Source of the DNA: Candidatus Obscuribacteraceae bacterium
GTDB lineage: Bacteria > Cyanobacteriota > Vampirovibrionia > Obscuribacterales > Obscuribacteraceae
Direction of reading: 5' to 3'
DNA: 64,000 nt
NCBI GenBank assembly: GCA_044226015.1
Contig: JBGAHS010000009.1
Span: forward strand, 357,272-421,271
Below the pieces are notes generated by a model. The model was not told where the DNA came from. It did no database searches and saw only the letters and a list, made by a program, of their open reading frames with translations. A program made the translations under genes and the position numbers. Shown one piece after another: positions 43,886-53,998 of this stretch; positions within the stretch are counted from its first letter, which is position 1, and each line of letters begins with the position of its first letter.

Positions 43886-45495
43886 TGTCCTGATCCTCCC
43901 CATGTTGGTATGGTGAAGACGAATGGAACCTGGATGATAGTTCGTGGCGTTGGAGAGCTACTACTTAGAGTTATGGTTCCCGAAGTTGTCGTCGTGTTAT
44001 TCGTAGGCGAAGTTGTTGTTGTTCTGGTTACTGTCACAACTGGCTTTGGTATTGCTGGCAACTTAATCGGGAGCCTTGGAATAGAAGGTAGGCGAATCGA
44101 CCATGGATTCGGTAGTGGGTGTGGAATCGGCACCGGTCGTGGTGTCGGTGTTGGTGTCGGAGTCGGCGTTGGCGTTGGAGTTGGAGTTGGAGTTGGTGTT
44201 GGTGTTGGTGTTGGTGTTGGTGTTGGTGTTGGAGTTGGTGTTGGTGTTGGAGTCGGAGTTGGAGTCGGAGTTGGAGTTGGAGTTGGTGTTGGTGTCGGAG
44301 TTGGTGTCGGAGTTGGTGTCGGCGTCGGCGTTGGTGTCGGAGTTGGAGTTGGTGTCGGAGTTGGAGTTGGTGTCGGAGTTGGTGTCGGAGTTGGAGTCGG
44401 AGTCGGAGTTGGTGTTGGTGTTGGAGTTGGTGTAGGCGTTGGCGTTGGCGTTGGCGTTGGCGTTGGCGTCGGCGTATTCGAGCCAAGATTAGCTACGAGG
44501 GTCTTCATTTGTGGAGTGTCTTGTCCGTTGACAGGCTCGACACCAAACATGTAGCCCTGCCACCATGGACCAGCTGACCAGTAGGTGTATCCATCCCATT
44601 GATCCTTATTAGCATGCATATACTGCAGCATAGCTGTCAGAGAATCTTGGGCTGCGGTACTTGAGGGAACGCCGATTTCACTGAGAAAGGCAGATCTATG
44701 ATTTGTTTTTAGCCAATTTGTAAAACCGCTCAGCGTGGCAACGGCTGCACTTGGGCTGAGAACATCAGTGTGTTGCCCCGAACCGTCATAGTCTAAGTAC
44801 TGGTGTACATCATAGGAATAATTGTTTCCAGGATCTGTCACATTGATCATCACACTCGCGTTTACATCCAGAAAGTTCGCAGGATGCATCCAATAGGTTG
44901 ATGGTACGAGGATAAGCTGCGTGGCTCCGGTCGCACGGATAGCATTGATTGCCGCCTGGGAAGATGCAAGCCATGTGGTCGGTGTCATGCTTCCGCCAAT
45001 GGGCTCGTTCATAATTCCAAAGACTATGTTTGGATTGGTTTTGTATTTAGTCGCTATTCTTGACCAGAAATCAGCTAATACTGAGTTGGGCAATCCATCA
45101 GATGTTCCAATGAGTTGTCCTCTGTACTTGCCATAGTTGTGCAAATCAATGACGACCTTCAGGTTTTTTGAGTTTGCATATTGAATCACCGAATCAAGCC
45201 GCCCTGCGTATGTATCATCGAAGGGACCACTGGCGGTTGGTTGTATGCGCTCCCACAGAATAGGAACGCGAATTATCTTCATTCCTTTGCCAGCGAAATA
45301 GTCGATTTCGCTGTTTGTAGGAAAAATGTAGTGAACGTTGAATGTACCAGGAATGGTGCCTTCGCCCCATTCAGCTCCGGAGATGTTAACTCCCTCCATC
45401 TGCATGCCACCATTTGCGGCATTCGCAGGCTTAGAAGTGATAACTCCAAATACAATCAAAACAAGCAAAGACAAAGCTAGCTTATGGCGAATCAT
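43882..45495 (-). CDS. Secreted GH5 glycoside hydrolase (endoglucanase-like) with a long Pro/Thr tail
   Basis: [17 protein letters not shown] acid/base, HQYLD, SEIG nucleophile. Confidence 0.92.
   Translation of the reverse strand: MIRHKLALSLLVLIVFGVITSKPANAANGGMQMEGVNISGAEWGEGTIPGTFNVHYIFPTNSEIDYFAGKGMKIIRVPILWERIQPTASGPFDDTYAGRLDSVIQYANSKNLKVVIDLHNYGKYRGQLIGTSDGLPNSVLADFWSRIATKYKTNPNIVFGIMNEPIGGSMTPTTWLASSQAAINAIRATGATQLILVPSTYWMHPANFLDVNASVMINVTDPGNNYSYDVHQYLDYDGSGQHTDVLSPSAAVATLSGFTNWLKTNHRSAFLSEIGVPSSTAAQDSLTAMLQYMHANKDQWDGYTYWSAGPWWQGYMFGVEPVNGQDTPQMKTLVANLGSNTPTPTPTPTPTPTPTPTPTPTPTPTPTPTPTPTPTPTPTPTPTPTPTPTPTPTPTPTPTPTPTPTPTPTPTPTPTPTPTPTPTPTPTPTPTPTPTPTPTPTPTPTPTPTPTPRPVPIPHPLPNPWSIRLPSIPRLPIKLPAIPKPVVTVTRTTTTSPTNNTTTTSGTITLSSSSPTPRTIIQVPFVFTIPTWGGSGQ
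44140..44475. repeat. (Thr-Pro)56 coding microsatellite
   Basis: 336 bp of degenerate 6-bp ACNCCR units. Confidence 0.95.
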
Positions 45496-45950
45496 GTAGG
45501 CCTCCCTTTCACGGAACCTACCCTGTCGACCCTAAACAGAGTTTGTAACGTTAGTTTGTTTACGTGGATGGACACATCAAAAGATGTGCTGCGTATTCAA
45601 TTGCGCATCAAGTAGTAACTTTCAAATTGAAGCAGGAAGTTTTCCAACAAGAAAATTGACTATTTGAGTTTTGGTGACGTTCCCGGAGGACCGATAAATC
45701 CACTGTCCCAAACTCTTGTGGATGACTTGTGAGGAAACGGGAAAGAGCAAGCAAAAATCCGCCACTTTGGTAAATGGCGCTCCGTCATGCATCCGTCAGT
45801 TTTACACGAGTAGTTTTTTTTATTAGGTCTAATTGCGGAGTCTACTGGAGTAGACTTCCAGTGCCAACTCTAATGGATGACTAAACTGCATATCTCAAAG
45901 GACATTGGAAAGCATTCGAAGCAGCTGCTCAGCAAAAACAAGTCTGCCCT

Positions 45951-46631
45951 TCAATCTGAGCGAATGCGATACCCTACGCCGTGGACGTTTTCTATGATTG
46001 AAGCTTTCGGATTTTTATCCAGCTTATTTCGCAGTCCATTGATGCAGACGCGCACTGCCAGTGGTGACGATTCTGACTGAGTCGGCCACACGTGATCTAG
46101 AATAGCCTCTGGACTAAAAACCTCTTTTGGATGTCGCATAAGAAACTCCAGAAGAGCTCGTTCCTTTGTGGTCAATTGAATGGTTTCCCCATCTTTCGTG
46201 ACAACACCTGTTAGTGGGTCGAGACTCACGTAAGCGGAAGAAAGAATTGTACCGACAAACTCTGCAGGGCGACGCAATAGAGCGCGCATTCTTGCAAGCA
46301 ATTCCTCAGGATTAATTGGTTTGGTCACGAAATCATCTGCCCCAGATTCCAACCCATTCATTTTCTCTTTGAGTGGGTTGTGCGGGCTGAATAGCATGAT
46401 AATGCGAGTTCTGCCGCCTGCTCTGCGAAACTCTGTTAGCAGTTGTATGCCAGGATAATTTGGCAAATCAGAATCTAATAGCACCGCGTCAAACTGATCG
46501 AGCATGTTCAGTTTTTCGTGGATGATTTTTCCATCCTCAATTGATTCAATATGATAATTTTCAGCCGACAGCCATTCCCTGAGCTGTCTTAAGTAATCTG
46601 GATCATCCTCGATGATAAGGATTCTCGCCAT
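45951..46631 (-). CDS. Orphan OmpR-family response regulator
   Basis: IEDD, LLD, GADDFVTKP, winged helix IENVHGVGY. Confidence 0.92.
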   Translation of the reverse strand: MARILIIEDDPDYLRQLREWLSAENYHIESIEDGKIIHEKLNMLDQFDAVLLDSDLPNYPGIQLLTEFRRAGGRTRIIMLFSPHNPLKEKMNGLESGADDFVTKPINPEELLARMRALLRRPAEFVGTILSSAYVSLDPLTGVVTKDGETIQLTTKERALLEFLMRHPKEVFSPEAILDHVWPTQSESSPLAVRVCINGLRNKLDKNPKASIIENVHGVGYRIRSD

Positions 46632-46709
46632 CACTACCTCGAACCTACCGCATCTATTTTACTCGGACGGAGGCTGTGAGTAACAATGATTCAGTTGTCA
46701 AACTTGCAC

Positions 46710-46823
46710 TTATTTGAGTTCTTCATCGCTCAAATAGTCACCACCGAGACGGGTGTGGTCGTTAACCCATGTCCCCAGCGCTGCTGCGATGACCAGAATA
46801 GCCATGCTTGTAAGGAACGTCAT
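46710..46823 (-). CDS. Candidate 37-aa single-TM small protein, absent from the ORF track
   Basis: MTFLTSMAILVIAAALGTWVNDHTRLGGDYLSDEELK; AGAGG SD 5 nt before ATG. Confidence 0.5.
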   Translation of the reverse strand: MTFLTSMAILVIAAALGTWVNDHTRLGGDYLSDEELK

Positions 46824-47121
46824 ATATGCCTCTTTAATTGGTGTTGTCTCTTGGACTTTTCTTCTTGCTTCTTTTCGTTTTTCATACTTCTATCTTGCCA
46901 CCGGCCATACTAAGGACGGGTTAAGAGCAGGCTCGGTGCCCTGATTTTGAAATATTTGGACAAGAACCGAGAACCATTGCTGGGTGATGCATTTGAGGAA
47001 AAATTGATTCTTGTTTTTTGTTAAACAAGGAAACCCGAAAGCTAAACAAATCGAGCTTTTTATCCCGAAACCATTGGCTCTGAAGCGATTTGACGATTTA
47101 CTCTTTCTCTTGTGTGCAGCT

Positions 47122-48609
47122 TTAGTTTTTGTTTTTGATTCCGCAATAAAGGTCATTACACTTGTCCGATTTCTTTGCGTCAGACTGCTTTTTCACGATT
47201 CTCTTCAACGGTTTGCTCTTTTCCTTTGGCAGAGCAGCGTTTCCGTCGGAAATACTCCAGTCTGGCTTAACGAAACTCTTTGACTCGCAAAATATTCCAA
47301 GCGCAACCATTGAATCAAGAGGCTCGTTCAACGGATTGTCATAGGTGGTTGAGAGTTCATAATTCTTTCCAGACGGTAAATCAATTCCCTCTCTTGAAAC
47401 GACATTTTCGATGAAACTAAGCTCGGCTCCTGGTTGAAAACGCGTTTTGACATTGACACTGAAAATATCCTCTCGTTTGTCGCCATCGCATTTGCTCAGA
47501 GTGGCGCTGGTGCAAGCTGGATGGACGTGAGACCAGACAGCATGAATCTTTCTGTCTTCCTTAGCGAAATCAGGGTCAATCGATTGTGTAAGAGGAGTTT
47601 GGTAGTAATGTTTGCCAGGGGGAATAACCCAGTGCCCTGTCATTTTTCGACCAAGTGGATCCTTGAAGTCCGTATCCGGAACCATATTTGGTGCATTCGC
47701 TCCTTGACTGAGAGCCATGCATGATGGTCCGTGATGCTCTGGAGCTTTCTCGTTTTTCTCAAGTTGAACAGCGACGTAGGGGTTGAGCCAGTGCAAAGCC
47801 TTGAGTGGTGCTTTCAAGTCCTTATCTTTGCTAAAGTACAGCGTACAGAGGTGTTTTATGACACGATGCTTGTCTGTTGTCCGGTTTGCTGCTTGAAACG
47901 TAAATTTCCATTCTTCATTACCGGACACTGGTACTGCATATGGTGCGGGAAAATGAAACTCAGTTTGCCCCTGTGTTAGTGTCATCAGGCGCTCGTTTCC
48001 AGTTCGCTCTAGTTCTGGAAATTCCATATATCGTGTGACCTTATCCACATCGAGGTTCATGTGGCAGATAAATTCGGCGGTCGGAAGCGGATTGTTCTTT
48101 TCGTCCAAAACTTGAAGTTTAATGCCACGAAACCAGTACAACTCTGGCTCACTGCCGGTGGTATCAGTCAATCCTTTGAGATTGTATGCCGACTCGTTTT
48201 GCTCAGCAGTCTTGTCGTTCATCGCCGGGGCAGTTTGTCCGCTGTCCAGGTAGATAATTGACTTTGCCGGCAGCTCGATTTTCTTAGAGGCAAGCAAATC
48301 TGAGACGCGAAAACTGCGAATAACATAAGGACCTTCCATTGACCGATACTTCTTATGAATATCGATTGGTCCTACTTCTATTTGTGGTGTTACTAACGGA
48401 ACATCTGCATTTGCATCGACAAACGGCACCTTTGACGGTGCCGCTTTTGGTCCAGGTTTCATCACGCTTTGCGATTCACCCAGACTTGGATGCGCCATCC
48501 AATATAGAAACAAAGCACACGCGAACAGACAACAAAAGAAAAGCGAATTCGTTTTAAAATCGCCAATTTTGTAACTGTTGTTAGTTTTCAGCTCTTCCTG
48601 TTTGCTCAT
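47122..48609 (-). CDS. Membrane-anchored hypothetical protein, possibly a copper monooxygenase-like fold
   Basis: N-terminal TM; WVIPPG, WSHVHP (HxH) and distal DSM. Confidence 0.65.
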   Translation of the reverse strand: MSKQEELKTNNSYKIGDFKTNSLFFCCLFACALFLYWMAHPSLGESQSVMKPGPKAAPSKVPFVDANADVPLVTPQIEVGPIDIHKKYRSMEGPYVIRSFRVSDLLASKKIELPAKSIIYLDSGQTAPAMNDKTAEQNESAYNLKGLTDTTGSEPELYWFRGIKLQVLDEKNNPLPTAEFICHMNLDVDKVTRYMEFPELERTGNERLMTLTQGQTEFHFPAPYAVPVSGNEEWKFTFQAANRTTDKHRVIKHLCTLYFSKDKDLKAPLKALHWLNPYVAVQLEKNEKAPEHHGPSCMALSQGANAPNMVPDTDFKDPLGRKMTGHWVIPPGKHYYQTPLTQSIDPDFAKEDRKIHAVWSHVHPACTSATLSKCDGDKREDIFSVNVKTRFQPGAELSFIENVVSREGIDLPSGKNYELSTTYDNPLNEPLDSMVALGIFCESKSFVKPDWSISDGNAALPKEKSKPLKRIVKKQSDAKKSDKCNDLYCGIKNKN

Positions 48610-48678
48610 TTTGGACTGCTTTTATTCGCGTCAAACTGAGATTATTACAGATACTTGCTGATTCTTTGTTATCTACAA

Positions 48679-48963
48679 TTAGGATCCGCTTGCGTCAGAG
48701 ACGTTAAGCGCGTGTGTGGGGAACTGATAGACTCGTCCTGTTACACGGTGTTCTCCCGTGCGACCTCTATGGCGCGCAGGAAGCTCTGGAGCAACAGGTT
48801 TTGCCGAAGCAGGTTTATGCGATACCAACCATGAGCGGATTGCAAAAACCAGACTTGCAGCGGCGAACGCTAGCAGTAGGTGGTGACCTTTGAGTGATGC
48901 CATCATAATGCAGACGGCCATCACTCCGAGACCGACGAGTGCGGTACGGAAAGGGGAAGCCAT
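48679..48963 (-). CDS. Small two-TM protein
   Basis: GAGGAG SD; two hydrophobic helices. Confidence 0.6.
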   Translation of the reverse strand: MASPFRTALVGLGVMAVCIMMASLKGHHLLLAFAAASLVFAIRSWLVSHKPASAKPVAPELPARHRGRTGEHRVTGRVYQFPTHALNVSDASGS

Positions 48964-49090
48964 GTGGGAAGCTCCTCTCAAGACAATTTTCGATTTAGAC
49001 AGTGGATATACAATACACCGCTATTGCATATAGCGGCCACTTGGAAATTAGAAAATCTTTGAAAATCGCATTAAAAATCGATCCCCAGCT

Positions 49091-49741
49091 CTAATATCCG
49101 TCATTCGACTTATCTGACCCTGCCGGTGGTGCCGCTGTAGAGCCTTGCGGAGACGGCGTTTCAGGTGCTTGCGAGGGGCTGGAAACCGTGCTGCTTGTCG
49201 ACCTGAGACTCGAAGCCTCACCGCTTGCTCCGCCAGTATTACCAGTCGCTGCTGCAGGATCTCCACCAGTACCTGGCGCCAGCTCTTCCATTTTTGCGCT
49301 CTGCCACTTGCTGCCATCGGCGTACCTCGCCACCAGTGGTCTGATAACTACAGAGACGGTGCGGGGGTCGACTTTTTCTCCTTTCCACTGATTCTTGGAT
49401 GACGCTCCCGGTTCCAACATGTGCCCATCAGGAGCATGAAATGAACCGCGAATTTGGTCCTCGCTGTCGACGTATCCAATGCGGAACTTAACGCCTGTTA
49501 TGGTCTTTGCCGACGTGTTCCTAAAATCAAGATAAATTCGACAAGCCATCGGAGTTCCAATGGGATCAATCTCAAGAACCGTTTTTGCTGATATAACTTC
49601 TACCGGGCAACCGACCTCGCCCTTAACTTGATTGTTCACCGTACGCAAATCTTCCGCCAACGCTGGCTGAATTGCGACCAGAAGGAGACCGCTTGCAATG
49701 CTCAGTACCCGTCCTAAATTCTTTCTGCTAGCCCTACTCAC
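49091..49741 (-). CDS. Secreted hypothetical protein (GTG start inferred)
   Basis: GGGAGG SD 9 nt before GTG; signal peptide ending QPALA|ED; beta-rich domain and Ser/Gly/Pro tail. Confidence 0.75.
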   Translation of the reverse strand: MSRASRKNLGRVLSIASGLLLVAIQPALAEDLRTVNNQVKGEVGCPVEVISAKTVLEIDPIGTPMACRIYLDFRNTSAKTITGVKFRIGYVDSEDQIRGSFHAPDGHMLEPGASSKNQWKGEKVDPRTVSVVIRPLVARYADGSKWQSAKMEELAPGTGGDPAAATGNTGGASGEASSLRSTSSTVSSPSQAPETPSPQGSTAAPPAGSDKSNDGY

Positions 49742-51629
49742 TGCGCTCAGCCTCCCTGTATTCAATTTTTCTCCTTCTGTTTTTGCCGAAGATGCTAGTC
49801 AAGAGAAATTCGCTTTCACTATCTTACACAGCAATGACATTCACGCGCATGAAGACAGCTACGTTGAACATGGAAAAAATATAGGCGGCATGCCCCGAAT
49901 CGCTCATTTGATTAAAGAAGCAAAAAAAAATAATCCAAGAGTCCTTGCCGTGGATGCTGGGGACATCTTCCAGGGAACGGCATATTTTGAACAATACAAG
50001 GGCGAGACTGAGGTTGAATGTCTCAACAAAGCTGGTTACGACGTGTATTGCATTGGTAACCACGAGTTTGATGAAGGTCCCGTGAATCTCGGCAAACAAT
50101 TACACCTGGCTAAGTTCGACATCATTGATTGCAATCTTGATGTGTCAGGGCAGCCTGAGCTGAAAGACCTGGTCAAATCTTCGGTAATCAAAGTAATTGA
50201 TGGGCAGAAGGTTGCATTCATTGGGGTCATAACGCCAGCACTAAAAGAGCTTGCACCCAAGCTGGGTGACGTGAAATTGATTTCTCCAGGAACTAACTGG
50301 ATGGACCCAGTCAAAGCTGAAGTTCAAAAGATGAAAGAGCAAGGCATCAATAAAATAGTGTTGGTTTCTCATTCTGGCGTTGACCTTGAACAGCTGTTGG
50401 GTGCTATTGAAGGAGTCGATGTTGTGGTTGGCGGTCACTCACATACTCGATTAGATCAGCCCATTGTCGTTGCGCATTCTGATGGTAGCAAAGCCATGGT
50501 CGTTCAGACGGGATCATACGGACGCGCGCTCGGGCGGCTCGATCTTGTGTTCGACAAAGAAGGAAAGCTTGTTTTTCCTGATTCGAAATACAAGCTTATA
50601 AACATCAATGACAAAGTGCCTGAGGATAAAGAGCTAAAGGCTTATGTAACTGAAAAGGCTAAGCCATTTATCGCACTCACCAAGACAGTTATCGCAAAAT
50701 CGAAGGCTAATTTTGAACAACGATTCAAGGCGTTCCCTTATGATTCGCCCATCGGCGACCTTGTTACTGACGCGCTATTCGAAGCTTCTATTGATAACGG
50801 TGCCACAATTGCGATACAAAATCGTGGTGGCATTCGTGCCGGGTTTGAGGCAGGTCCAATAACTCTTGAAACTGTGCGAGAGATTTTGCCTTTTCAAAAC
50901 AAATTGTTGGTGGCAACTATCACAGGAAAGACACTGCTTGCTGCACTAGAGCATAGCGCTGGTGTTGTTGAAGGTACGGGCGGACGCTTTCTTGATGTGC
51001 ATGGATTGAAGTTCGCTTGGGACCCAACGTTGCCACCAGGCAGGAGAGTTTTGTTTGCGTTTGCACAAAATAAAGAAGGCAAATTTGAATCGGTTCAAGC
51101 TGACGAGCTCTATCGCATTGCGATAAACGACTACACTTTTAACGGTGGCGAAGGCTATGATTTCAAAGACGCCAAAGACATCGTCAAAACTGATTTGCGC
51201 CTCTCGACGGTTGTTGAACAGTATTTGAAGAAGCACAAAGTCATTAGTCCTGCAATTCCCAATCGTTTTATGCGTGTGAGCAGCAACATTGCAAGCAAAG
51301 TAAGCGAAGGTGGGAAGGATAAGTTAAACGTTCAATACGCACTACCTCACGCCGATGTAACTGTAGTATCTGGCAGTGATGTAGGAATTACTTTCCTTCC
51401 GAAACTTGGCGAATTGCCGCTGCAAGACCCCGCCGTTTTGATGAAGTCGAAGACAGATGACTTTGGACATTTAGTCATCGAAATGGATAAGCTCGTGGTT
51501 TCCAAACCCAAAGGCAAAGGCAAATCTGACTCTTCTGCGGGCAAACAGTTTGTCTCTGTGATTGTTCAATCGATCGACAAAGACGGAAAATCATCGAAGG
51601 TTATCAGTGCTCCAATTCAAGTTCGGTAA
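49698..51629 (+). CDS. Bifunctional metallophosphatase/5'-nucleotidase (UshA-like)
   Basis: HSNDIH, DAGD, GNHEFD, GGHSH, NRGGIR; signal peptide. Confidence 0.93.
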   Translation: MLSTRPKFFLLALLTALSLPVFNFSPSVFAEDASQEKFAFTILHSNDIHAHEDSYVEHGKNIGGMPRIAHLIKEAKKNNPRVLAVDAGDIFQGTAYFEQYKGETEVECLNKAGYDVYCIGNHEFDEGPVNLGKQLHLAKFDIIDCNLDVSGQPELKDLVKSSVIKVIDGQKVAFIGVITPALKELAPKLGDVKLISPGTNWMDPVKAEVQKMKEQGINKIVLVSHSGVDLEQLLGAIEGVDVVVGGHSHTRLDQPIVVAHSDGSKAMVVQTGSYGRALGRLDLVFDKEGKLVFPDSKYKLININDKVPEDKELKAYVTEKAKPFIALTKTVIAKSKANFEQRFKAFPYDSPIGDLVTDALFEASIDNGATIAIQNRGGIRAGFEAGPITLETVREILPFQNKLLVATITGKTLLAALEHSAGVVEGTGGRFLDVHGLKFAWDPTLPPGRRVLFAFAQNKEGKFESVQADELYRIAINDYTFNGGEGYDFKDAKDIVKTDLRLSTVVEQYLKKHKVISPAIPNRFMRVSSNIASKVSEGGKDKLNVQYALPHADVTVVSGSDVGITFLPKLGELPLQDPAVLMKSKTDDFGHLVIEMDKLVVSKPKGKGKSDSSAGKQFVSVIVQSIDKDGKSSKVISAPIQVR

Positions 51630-51725
51630 CTTTGGGAACTTTGCTTGAGAGAGCCGTTTTGGAGCGTTTGCTTCATGACTTTTCTGTTGCTTGGATCCGA
51701 GGCTTTGGCAAAACTAAGATATGTT

Positions 51726-51878
51726 GGACTTATCACCAACTGATTAGTCGCCCACCTTCCAGACTGATGGTCACTGTTGAGCCAGCTTGCAATTGAAGCT
51801 GTTCAAGAATCGCCGGAGGTACCGAAAGCATAACTGAGCAGCCGACCTTACGCAGATTTGTGGTGTGCACTGCAGTCC
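51726..51878 (+). ncRNA. Candidate structured RNA, 6S (SsrS)-like
   Basis: End-to-end complementarity (ggact/agtcc, cacca/tggtg, gtcg/cgac, ctgtt/agcag); TAAGAT -10 upstream; strong hairpin downstream. Confidence 0.45.
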
Positions 51879-51916
51879 CACAGCCATGTTATACAAAATA
51901 TAACATGGCTGTGGGA
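51876..51916. terminator. 18-bp perfect hairpin, probable terminator
   Basis: tcccacagccatgttata-caaaa-tataacatggctgtggga. Confidence 0.65.
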
Positions 51917-52095
51917 AATTTTGTTGGCTGGCGAAATAACGCCCAATTGGGGTATATCGCTCATTATGAATGTCCGCGGACAAAGCTTTCCGCTTCAGGC
52001 GCCATGCGGCTTACAGACACCATCTCATCCAGAAGCAATTTGGGAAAGAGTCGTGTTCGATGAATGATCAATCCTTGCATTTGCTTTACGCATTG

Positions 52096-52572
52096 TTAGT
52101 CTTGCAAGTTCAGCTCTTTTAATGACACTTCAACCGGTTGGGCAGAGCTGATGTCCACGTGTTCGAGTTTCTCTTCCATTGGCAGATTCTGTGGTTCCGG
52201 CTTCAATTCGATCTGTATGTTCGGCTTCAAAGACACTCGCATATTGTCGTTCTTGTTTCGGCTTCGAAGCAGAATGATAGCTGGCCCAACACTGGCACAA
52301 CAAACGAGAAATGGCAAACAGTCGACTTCGTTTTGTGCAACGCAAAGCCAAAAGGCTTTCCAAATTAGCTCCTCCGCTAATAGGTCGGATTGCTGATTCT
52401 TACCAAAAGACGCCCTCTTTAATTCATGATATCGGGACAGTATCTGCTGTGGCTGTCCTTCGCGCCTGCTTGGTCTCATGAAAATTGTGCCTGGCACGAC
52501 TACAAAAGCTGCTGCAATTAGAAATCCAGCAATTGCCGAACATAGCATTTTGAAATAGAGTGATTTTCCCAT
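52096..52572 (-). CDS. Two-TM protein, putative immunity for Rhs cassette 1
   Basis: Directly downstream of the toxin ORF; paralog of 59595-60086. Confidence 0.65.
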   Translation of the reverse strand: MGKSLYFKMLCSAIAGFLIAAAFVVVPGTIFMRPSRREGQPQQILSRYHELKRASFGKNQQSDLLAEELIWKAFWLCVAQNEVDCLPFLVCCASVGPAIILLRSRNKNDNMRVSLKPNIQIELKPEPQNLPMEEKLEHVDISSAQPVEVSLKELNLQD

Positions 52573-52618
52573 CTATTCGCCAGTGTTTTACAACCAACAA
52601 CTATCATACACCTTTGTT

Positions 52619-53776
52619 TCACTTGCAGCCGCATTCGTCATAGCCAGAACCCTTCCCTGATTTTAGGCGAGTCGGATCATGCGCATACCATGCACCTGCC
52701 TCAATGTCTGCTCCACCACGCGAGTTGAGAAGGTCCCAATATCCTCTCGTGAAGCTTGCCGCACGCTCCGGTCCGAGTGTTATTCTAAGACCATAACCTA
52801 ATACATGCCATCCAAGACCTACTGCTTTTAAGGTGCCCAATGCCGGCAGTCCCTGAAAGGTTTGATCGTACTGCCTTGCACTATAGCCTGCAAGAAAGTT
52901 TGTAAATTGATAGGCATCAAGCTTTTGTCCCTGGATACAGAAGGTGTCGTTCTTACTCTTAGGGATGTAGCCATAATCCTTTGCCCAAAGACTGTTCCAA
53001 GCAATATGGACCAAGCCACTGAGGGTCCCACTATTGGACTGTTCTGCAGACTCATTGAGAATTCGTTGGGTTTCTTGTTGGCTATAATCATAAAGCCCCA
53101 GAGGATCCACAAAGCTGATCGGATTATTTCTGACGTAGCCATATAAATTCATACCAGCGGTTTCTCCGAGCGGATCGCGGCTCAGCCACCTGCCTAGAGC
53201 TGGATTGTACTGCCTGAACCAGGTCAGTGCGAGATTCGTGCGTGAGTGCTGATAGATTCCGGTAAATCCAAAGGCGGGCTTGAAGGTGCCTGACAGTACA
53301 GACCTGTTTCCGTATGGGTCGAATCCAAATGCAGCCAGCACATTGCCACTACTATCGGTGACTTCTCTCACTGAACCGAGATGATCGAATGCGTAAAAAT
53401 AATTCGAACCTGAGGTCGCTTGTCCCATTCCACAGAAGCGGCTTACTACGGCATTGCTGCTATCGCGTTCTTCGCAGCGTTCAGAACCGCACCAGATAAA
53501 ATTCTTTGTTGCATTGCCGCTATAGCTCGGCGTGCTGCCGTTTTCCTGAATCTGAACGCACCTGTCCATCTGATCATACGCAAACTGCGTGTTATTGCCT
53601 GTTCCTGGATAGGTACTTTGGATGAGTCGATCCTCAGCATCCCAGGCGTAAGCATTGGTTCCGTCGTCCAGCAAATTGCCTTTTTCGTCGTAAGAAAAGG
53701 TTTTACTGCTGGCGCTATTTTTGTCGATGCCCCGAGCAAAAAGCGAATATGAAAGATCGCTATGCAATGACACCAT
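52619..53776 (-). CDS. Orphan Rhs cassette 1: Rhs core plus C-terminal toxin (Ntox44-like motifs)
   Basis: YNPALGRWLSRDPLGE...NPISFVDPLGL, then a unique CT containing FTNFLAGY. Confidence 0.85.
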   Translation of the reverse strand: MVSLHSDLSYSLFARGIDKNSASSKTFSYDEKGNLLDDGTNAYAWDAEDRLIQSTYPGTGNNTQFAYDQMDRCVQIQENGSTPSYSGNATKNFIWCGSERCEERDSSNAVVSRFCGMGQATSGSNYFYAFDHLGSVREVTDSSGNVLAAFGFDPYGNRSVLSGTFKPAFGFTGIYQHSRTNLALTWFRQYNPALGRWLSRDPLGETAGMNLYGYVRNNPISFVDPLGLYDYSQQETQRILNESAEQSNSGTLSGLVHIAWNSLWAKDYGYIPKSKNDTFCIQGQKLDAYQFTNFLAGYSARQYDQTFQGLPALGTLKAVGLGWHVLGYGLRITLGPERAASFTRGYWDLLNSRGGADIEAGAWYAHDPTRLKSGKGSGYDECGCK

Positions 53777-53816
53777 TTGCGGTGCAGCAATGGTACTGAT
53801 GCATCTGAAGTTCAGT
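53728..53816. repeat. 89-bp cassette leader, copy 1
   Basis: Matches 59167-59255 with one substitution seen. Confidence 0.9.
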
Positions 53817-53996
53817 ATGAGAGGACGAGAGAGGAAGCTCGTCTGAGCATTTTCTATTAGATAGAAACAATCTATAATACGAAGAGATTACACTCTCATT
53901 TGAACTATCTCCCACCGGAGGAGTTTGAAAAGAGCATGGAAGCAGCTTAATGGCTACTCGCTCTAAATTACTGTCCGTTGAAATGGATAAGGTTCA
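53817..53996 (+). mobile_element. IS3-family remnant (transposase C-terminus plus right end)
   Basis: TREEARLSIFY*IETIYNTKRLHSHLNYLPPEEFE with an internal stop; ends ...ctgtccgttgaaatggataaggttCA. Confidence 0.8.
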
Positions 53997-53998
53997 CT

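Noticed and set aside
43862..44577. Poly-GV, poly-WC, poly-QH and poly-LE ORFs
   Set aside because: Alternative frames of the TP microsatellite
45496..45950. Riboswitch (e.g. c-di-GMP) in the long leader of GH5
   Set aside because: No consensus motif could be identified by eye; needs an Rfam scan
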